Shown in pieces: positions 59,027-64,000 of a DNA stretch of 64,000 bases (positions within the stretch are counted from its first letter, which is position 1; every line of letters starts with the position of its first letter). A program made the position numbers and the translations under genes. The notes under the pieces were generated by a model. That model saw only the letters and a list, made by a program, of their open reading frames with translations. It made no database searches and was not told where the DNA came from. Source of the stretch: Candidatus Hermodarchaeota archaeon (GTDB lineage Archaea > Asgardarchaeota > Lokiarchaeia > Sigyniarchaeales > SOKP01); assembly GCA_048885535.1 (NCBI GenBank), contig JBHLLO010000001.1, positions 52,698-116,697 of the forward strand, read 5' to 3'.

Positions 59027-60364
59027 TTATTCTTTTGAATCTTTCTTAATCAGAGTTTCTTTTACTTTAAGAAATAGTGGGATTGAAGCTAGAAAAAATA
59101 GTGGTGCAAAGACAAAAACAAAAGATTCTGGAACAAATCCCCCTATGAGAAAATATTGAGCAACTAAACCCCCAATTGTAGAACCAATTATTTGTGATAT
59201 TGTAAATATTATATTCAAAATACCAAAAAATTTTCCTCTCTTGTCCTCTGGAATAAGATCCTGTGCCCAAGCATTCATTGGTGTAATTAAACCTAAAATT
59301 GCCACCAAAACAAATGGTAATACAAAAAATGCTAATACTAGGTTGGTAATTCCTCCCAATTTTACGAATGGAGCAATAAACAAACCAATGCATGTTATTA
59401 TGATTGAAATTGGTATATACTTTCTCCGTCCATGTTTATCTGCTAAGTTACCTAAAAGTGTTGTTGTACCAAATAATATAACAAATGAGGTTAACACAAT
59501 AAGTATTAAAATTTCAGTCTCAAAGCCTAAAGCAAAAATCCAAATAAATAAGAATGGCATAATTACAGAAATTCCTGTCCTAAATACAGTCAAAGCAAGT
59601 ACGATCTTGAAAAAATCTTTATTAGCTTTAAATTGCTCAACATCGAAAATTTCTTTTATCTCAGTGAAAAAACTCTTTTTTGGAAGTAATTCGGAAACAG
59701 ATTTTTCTTTTATAAAAAAAAATCCTAATAATCCAGTCAGCATGAATGCTGCACCTCCAATTGAAAGAGCAAAAATATGACCCGCTTGACCAATATGAGT
59801 TTCATCCCCAGGTGCATCGTAACCAAATAACAATTCCGAAATAACAAAAACAGCAACAGCTATTAATAATCCTAAATATCCTACATTGTTTACAACTCCA
59901 TTTGCTCTTCCTCTCCGTTCCATATCAACAGTATCAGGAATTAGTGATCTTTCAGAGACATAATAAGCATTTGAAGTAATTCCAATTATGATCACATCTA
60001 AAATAATACAAAAAATGTAAGCTAACATGTTATCCCCAGCAGCTAAATTAATTGAGAACGCAAAGAGAATCATTGCTACACCAGAAACAAGACTAAATAG
60101 AAGGTATGGTCGTCTTCTGCCATATTTAGAACGGGTATTATCACTAGTTATCCCCCAAGAAATATTTGTAATAAGTCCTACTACTGCTGATAAACTAACC
60201 ATTAGACTGATAAAGAGAGGTTGTAAAAACAAGACCTGGTCCAAATAAGTATTTAAATAATTCTGTTCAAAAAAGCCGAAAATTTGATCACCTGCAAAAA
60301 GCATACCTATTAACAAAACTTGATTTCGTAAGAATTTACTAAAAATCTTCTCTCTTTTTCCCAT
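59027..60364 (-). CDS. MFS transporter (GPH/SLC45-like sugar porter)
   Basis: SDNTRSKYGRRRPY, ADKHGRRK, 12 TM. Confidence 0.9.
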   Translation of the reverse strand: MGKREKIFSKFLRNQVLLIGMLFAGDQIFGFFEQNYLNTYLDQVLFLQPLFISLMVSLSAVVGLITNISWGITSDNTRSKYGRRRPYLLFSLVSGVAMILFAFSINLAAGDNMLAYIFCIILDVIIIGITSNAYYVSERSLIPDTVDMERRGRANGVVNNVGYLGLLIAVAVFVISELLFGYDAPGDETHIGQAGHIFALSIGGAAFMLTGLLGFFFIKEKSVSELLPKKSFFTEIKEIFDVEQFKANKDFFKIVLALTVFRTGISVIMPFLFIWIFALGFETEILILIVLTSFVILFGTTTLLGNLADKHGRRKYIPISIIITCIGLFIAPFVKLGGITNLVLAFFVLPFVLVAILGLITPMNAWAQDLIPEDKRGKFFGILNIIFTISQIIGSTIGGLVAQYFLIGGFVPESFVFVFAPLFFLASIPLFLKVKETLIKKDSKE

Positions 60365-60431
60365 TTTATATATCCCTTCTTCTCTTTTTGAATAGATTTT
60401 AATTTTAATTACATTTTATTACTTAAAAGCA

Positions 60432-60470
60432 TATCATTTTTACTTTAATGCATTATCATTTTTACTTTAA
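60432..60470. repeat. 17-bp direct repeat TATCATTTTTACTTTAA x2, 22-bp period
   Basis: Exact copies at 60432-60448 and 60454-60470 in a divergent promoter region. Confidence 0.75.
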
Positions 60471-60519
60471 ATCAAGAGGATAAATTAAAGAATAAAAAAC
60501 AATAATTTAGGATTAACAA

Positions 60520-61413
60520 ATGGTAAAAAAAATCATATTCTCAGCCAGACAAGATCATGAAGTTATAACCCGATTAATAGACGAACTCCGTAAAATTCAA
60601 GATTTTGATCTATTTATTCATGATCCTAAAAAGGACTTCTTTAATCTTTCAGATATGCCAGCTTCTTTTAAAAAAGCTAATCTGATTATTGTAAAAGTGA
60701 GAAACGAGTGTTCTATTGATCTTCTTCATTATGCAAAGATACATAAGATACCTACTCTTCATAATGTAGATACTGTTTTAATGTGTAAGAATAAAATAGC
60801 TCTTGATTATGCTTTAAGAAATACTTTCAGTAAAAATCCGTATGTTAATAGATATTTTTCATTACCAATGTCTTGGAATCAAAATGTCTCTAATATCTCA
60901 GAATTTAAGAGATGGGCAGCACATAAATTACCAATTGTCATAAAAAGTCATTATCAGCATGACAAATTTAATAGATACAACTTTTTAGTAAGAGAGATTA
61001 AAGAAATAGATAAGTTCTGTGAACGATATAAGAACTTCATATACTATGATGTCTATATTCAAGAGTTCATTGAAAGTGATGGAATAGAAAGAAAAGTCTA
61101 TGTAGTAGGTGATAAAGTTTTTGGTATTAAGAGAGATAATCCAATATATGTTTATCTTAGAGAAAAGCCTGAAAATATTGATGTTGATGTTTTAAATAGA
61201 AAGGAATTTAAAATAACAGAAAGTATAAAAAAATTAGCAAATTTTTTAGCAAAAGAATTAGATCTGAAAATTTTTGGATTTGACCTTATAAAACCCTTAA
61301 ATAAACGAAAATACTATTTAGTAGATTTAAACGATTTCCCTGGGTTTAAGGGGATTCCTAATATAGAAAGAGTAATTGCAGAATTTCTTATAAATTATAT
61401 TTCAGGCATTTAA
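60520..61413 (+). CDS. Inositol-phosphate kinase, ITPK1-like ATP-grasp
   Basis: PIVIKS, IQEFIESDGIERKVYVVG, IFGFDLI, YYLVDLNDFPGFKG. Confidence 0.82.
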   Translation: MVKKIIFSARQDHEVITRLIDELRKIQDFDLFIHDPKKDFFNLSDMPASFKKANLIIVKVRNECSIDLLHYAKIHKIPTLHNVDTVLMCKNKIALDYALRNTFSKNPYVNRYFSLPMSWNQNVSNISEFKRWAAHKLPIVIKSHYQHDKFNRYNFLVREIKEIDKFCERYKNFIYYDVYIQEFIESDGIERKVYVVGDKVFGIKRDNPIYVYLREKPENIDVDVLNRKEFKITESIKKLANFLAKELDLKIFGFDLIKPLNKRKYYLVDLNDFPGFKGIPNIERVIAEFLINYISGI

Positions 61414-61544
61414 CTCAAGTTAGTAATAATAGTGTTAAAACATTCTTAGTAAACTGAATTTTGACATAAAACTTACTTCTATGTCTAAATCTATAAATAT
61501 TAATAATTCTTAAAAATTATTTATTACAGTTTTGGAGAAATCTT

Positions 61545-64000
61545 ATGAAAAGAAAAATTTGTACAACATTTTTAGTTTTTTTATTGTTAATCTCTACTTT
61601 CTCTATGCTTTTCAGGCAAACCAATTTACCAGAACAGATAAATTCTATAAAAGAAGAAAAAAGTAAATCAATAATTACAAAAAAATTATCTGATCACCCT
61701 ATTGATATTCCTTTTATTTATGGTACGCAACGCGGTCCACATGACCTTGATCCACATAATAGCTGGGATACTGATTCTTTTGATGTAATACAACAAGTTT
61801 GCGAAGGATTATTTGGCTACAATTTTTCGGATCCTGAAATGGAAATTATTCCTTATTTAGCAACAACAGAAGGAACCTGGTCACTTGATGGTTTAAATTA
61901 TACTGTACCACTAAGAACAGGAGTTTCATTCCATGATGGAGCACCTTTTAATGCAACAGCAGTTAAATTCTCGTTTGATAGATTAACGTACTTGATGGAT
62001 AATTATATGTCAGTTGTAGATACTTTATATGAAGCCTATGATCCTGAAATTGATTCCTATAAACGGATTATAAACAGAACTGAGGTAATAGATACTTATA
62101 CTATTAGATTCATATTAAATAAGCCTTTTGGCGCGTTTGATGCTTTATTATGTTTTCCAGCTTCTTACATATTATCACCAAGATCAACACCCGCAACAAC
62201 CAACATAGATATAGCAACTGGAGACTTAGTAGGAACAGGTCCTTTTGTTTATGATAATTATTCAGTTGATGTGGAAGTTAATTTTCATGCATATAATAAT
62301 TATTGGCAAGGAAAAGCAGCTATTGATCAGATGAAATTTAGAATCATTCAAAACACAAAACAGAGACAAATGGCATTAATTAATGGAGATGTCCATTTCA
62401 TTTCTAGCCTTGATCCTGATTATTATAGGGCTTTTGAAGCTTTACCAGATATTACCTTCTTGAATACCGGACAAACTAGCGGTTGGATTTCTTACCTTGG
62501 GATGAATAATCGACAAATTAATCCTGTTTTCAGAGAAGCTGTTTCTTATGCGATTGATTATAATTACATTATCAATGAAATTAGAGAAGGGTATGTTGAA
62601 AGATTAAAATCACCCGTTCCAGAGGGTATAAGATACGCAAATTCGACATTTGATTATCCTGTCTTAGATCTACCACATGCTAGGTCAATGGTTCAATCCT
62701 TGGGATATGGTATTGGATTTGATATATACAATGATGCACAATGGGAAACTCAGGCACTTAATGCTCCTTTTGCGACTTGGAACTATACCTACAATTTCGG
62801 AAATGAGATTCGCGAAGATATATTTTATTTACTCAAAGACAATCTAGCAAAGATTGGAATTAAGGTAACTAACGCTGGTATGACATGGACGGAATTCCTC
62901 TATAGGTTATTTGAGGTTGGTGGTTACAGCAGAAATTATCTTCAGCTTTATTGGCTAACTTGGGTAGCTGATTATAATGATCCAAGCAATTTTCTTAATA
63001 CTTTATTTACTAATCGTAGTGTTGCATATAATTCTGCTCAGGTTAATGATCCCATTGTACAACAATGGATGGAGGAAGCTATTGAAGAAACAGATCAAAC
63101 CCAAAGAGAAGCACTTTATGATAATATTCAAAAACGTCTTGTAGAGGAAGTTTATCCATGGGTTTGGGGCACAGTCGAGAAATTATATTATGCTCATCAC
63201 ATTAATTTAACAGGCTTTCAACCAAATACGTTAAAAATAAATTATTTCTACCCATGTCAGTGGAATCCATGGTATATATCTCCTAGAGTTGACGCAACCT
63301 TTATAGTCGGTGTACGAGCTGGTCCTTTTGATCTTGATCCTCATGTTGCTTGGGATAGCTGGTCATATCAGACAATAGATCAAGTCTGTGAAGGACTATA
63401 TGGATATAATTATTCAGATCCAGAAATGCCAATCATTCCATATTTAGCTACAGCCGATGGTGTCTGGTCACCTGATGGTCTAAATTATACTATACCATTA
63501 AGATCGGGAGTTACATTCCACGATGGAGCACCATTTAATGCATCAGCAGTTAAATTCTCTTTTGATAGGTTAAGATATCTTATAGAGAATGGAATATCTT
63601 TTCTAGATGGATTGTATGATTTTGCATTGGACGGAACGCCCATTATCAATCGAACTGAAGTTATTGATACTTACATTATAAGATTTGTTTTAAATGCTCC
63701 ATATTCTCCGCTCCAAGCTTTATTATGCTTCAGTGGCTCTTATATATTGTCACCAAAATCAACCCCCGCAACAACTGTCATAGATACGGGAACAGGAGAT
63801 TTAGTAGGAACAGGTCCCTTCGTGTATGATAATTATTCTATTGATTTGGAGGTTAATTTTCATGCATATAGTAATTATTGGCGAGGAAAAGCAGATATTG
63901 AATTAATGAAGTTTAAAGTTTATAGTAATCCTGATGATAGAATGGCAGCATTAGTAACTGGAGAAGTAGATTTCATCGATGAAGTGCTTCCAGATTGGGT
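61545..64000 (+). CDS. ABC-transporter family 5 (Opp/Dpp) substrate-binding protein with tandem duplicated domain; 3' partial
   Basis: ATG 61545, signal peptide, DLDP...QVCEGL...FHDGAPFNA.AVKFSFDR and VGTGPF; the whole set recurs in frame 1587 nt later; the frame appears open to the window end. Confidence 0.88.
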   Translation, partial: MKRKICTTFLVFLLLISTFSMLFRQTNLPEQINSIKEEKSKSIITKKLSDHPIDIPFIYGTQRGPHDLDPHNSWDTDSFDVIQQVCEGLFGYNFSDPEMEIIPYLATTEGTWSLDGLNYTVPLRTGVSFHDGAPFNATAVKFSFDRLTYLMDNYMSVVDTLYEAYDPEIDSYKRIINRTEVIDTYTIRFILNKPFGAFDALLCFPASYILSPRSTPATTNIDIATGDLVGTGPFVYDNYSVDVEVNFHAYNNYWQGKAAIDQMKFRIIQNTKQRQMALINGDVHFISSLDPDYYRAFEALPDITFLNTGQTSGWISYLGMNNRQINPVFREAVSYAIDYNYIINEIREGYVERLKSPVPEGIRYANSTFDYPVLDLPHARSMVQSLGYGIGFDIYNDAQWETQALNAPFATWNYTYNFGNEIREDIFYLLKDNLAKIGIKVTNAGMTWTEFLYRLFEVGGYSRNYLQLYWLTWVADYNDPSNFLNTLFTNRSVAYNSAQVNDPIVQQWMEEAIEETDQTQREALYDNIQKRLVEEVYPWVWGTVEKLYYAHHINLTGFQPNTLKINYFYPCQWNPWYISPRVDATFIVGVRAGPFDLDPHVAWDSWSYQTIDQVCEGLYGYNYSDPEMPIIPYLATADGVWSPDGLNYTIPLRSGVTFHDGAPFNASAVKFSFDRLRYLIENGISFLDGLYDFALDGTPIINRTEVIDTYIIRFVLNAPYSPLQALLCFSGSYILSPKSTPATTVIDTGTGDLVGTGPFVYDNYSIDLEVNFHAYSNYWRGKADIELMKFKVYSNPDDRMAALVTGEVDFIDEVLPDW

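Noticed and set aside
2697-60248. Many short opposite-strand or alternate-frame ORFs in the track (e.g. 2697, 4636, 12953, 23053, 44311, 59241)
   Set aside because: They lie inside well-supported genes and carry no motifs; shadow ORFs
60432-60470. Possible CRISPR mini-array
   Set aside because: Only two 17-bp copies with a 5-bp gap; no spacers or cas genes
51949-61413. Annotation of the ATP-grasp genes as RimK/LysX ligases or a RiPP system
   Set aside because: Asp-based DxN motif, KVYV.G motif and linkage to ino1 fit ITPK1 better; no precursor peptide or LysW seen

Overview
AT-rich archaeal chromosomal segment, most consistent with an Asgard archaeon of the Lokiarchaeia/Promethearchaeota type. 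This assignment rests on roadblock/LC7, ubiquitin-like and longin/uDENN-like proteins, SepCysS, proteasome beta, SepF, the Sm-L37e gene pair, and Loki-type LRR and beta-helix proteins. No CRISPR array, rRNA or mobile element was seen. The window holds about 58 CDS, one tRNA and at least two interrupted genes. Highlights: (1) a ~10.5 kb inositol-phosphate locus (50940-61413) with myo-inositol-1-phosphate synthase, four ITPK1-like ATP-grasp kinases, a HAD phosphatase with a long polylysine heptad tail, a GH38/57-like hydrolase, an MFS transporter and a deleted Zn-dehydrogenase remnant; (2) a tRNA-Leu(UAA) carrying three BHB-type introns (D-loop, 37/38, variable arm), plus a splicing-endonuclease subunit that lacks the catalytic His; (3) a DUF35/Ltp4/Ltp3/DUF35 aldolase-type operon; (4) several eukaryote-like proteins (SIRT6-like sirtuin, ubiquitin-like pro-protein, uDENN/longin-like, IFT52-GIFT-like, polyproline mini-protein). 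All family calls come from motif recognition by eye, not from database searches.
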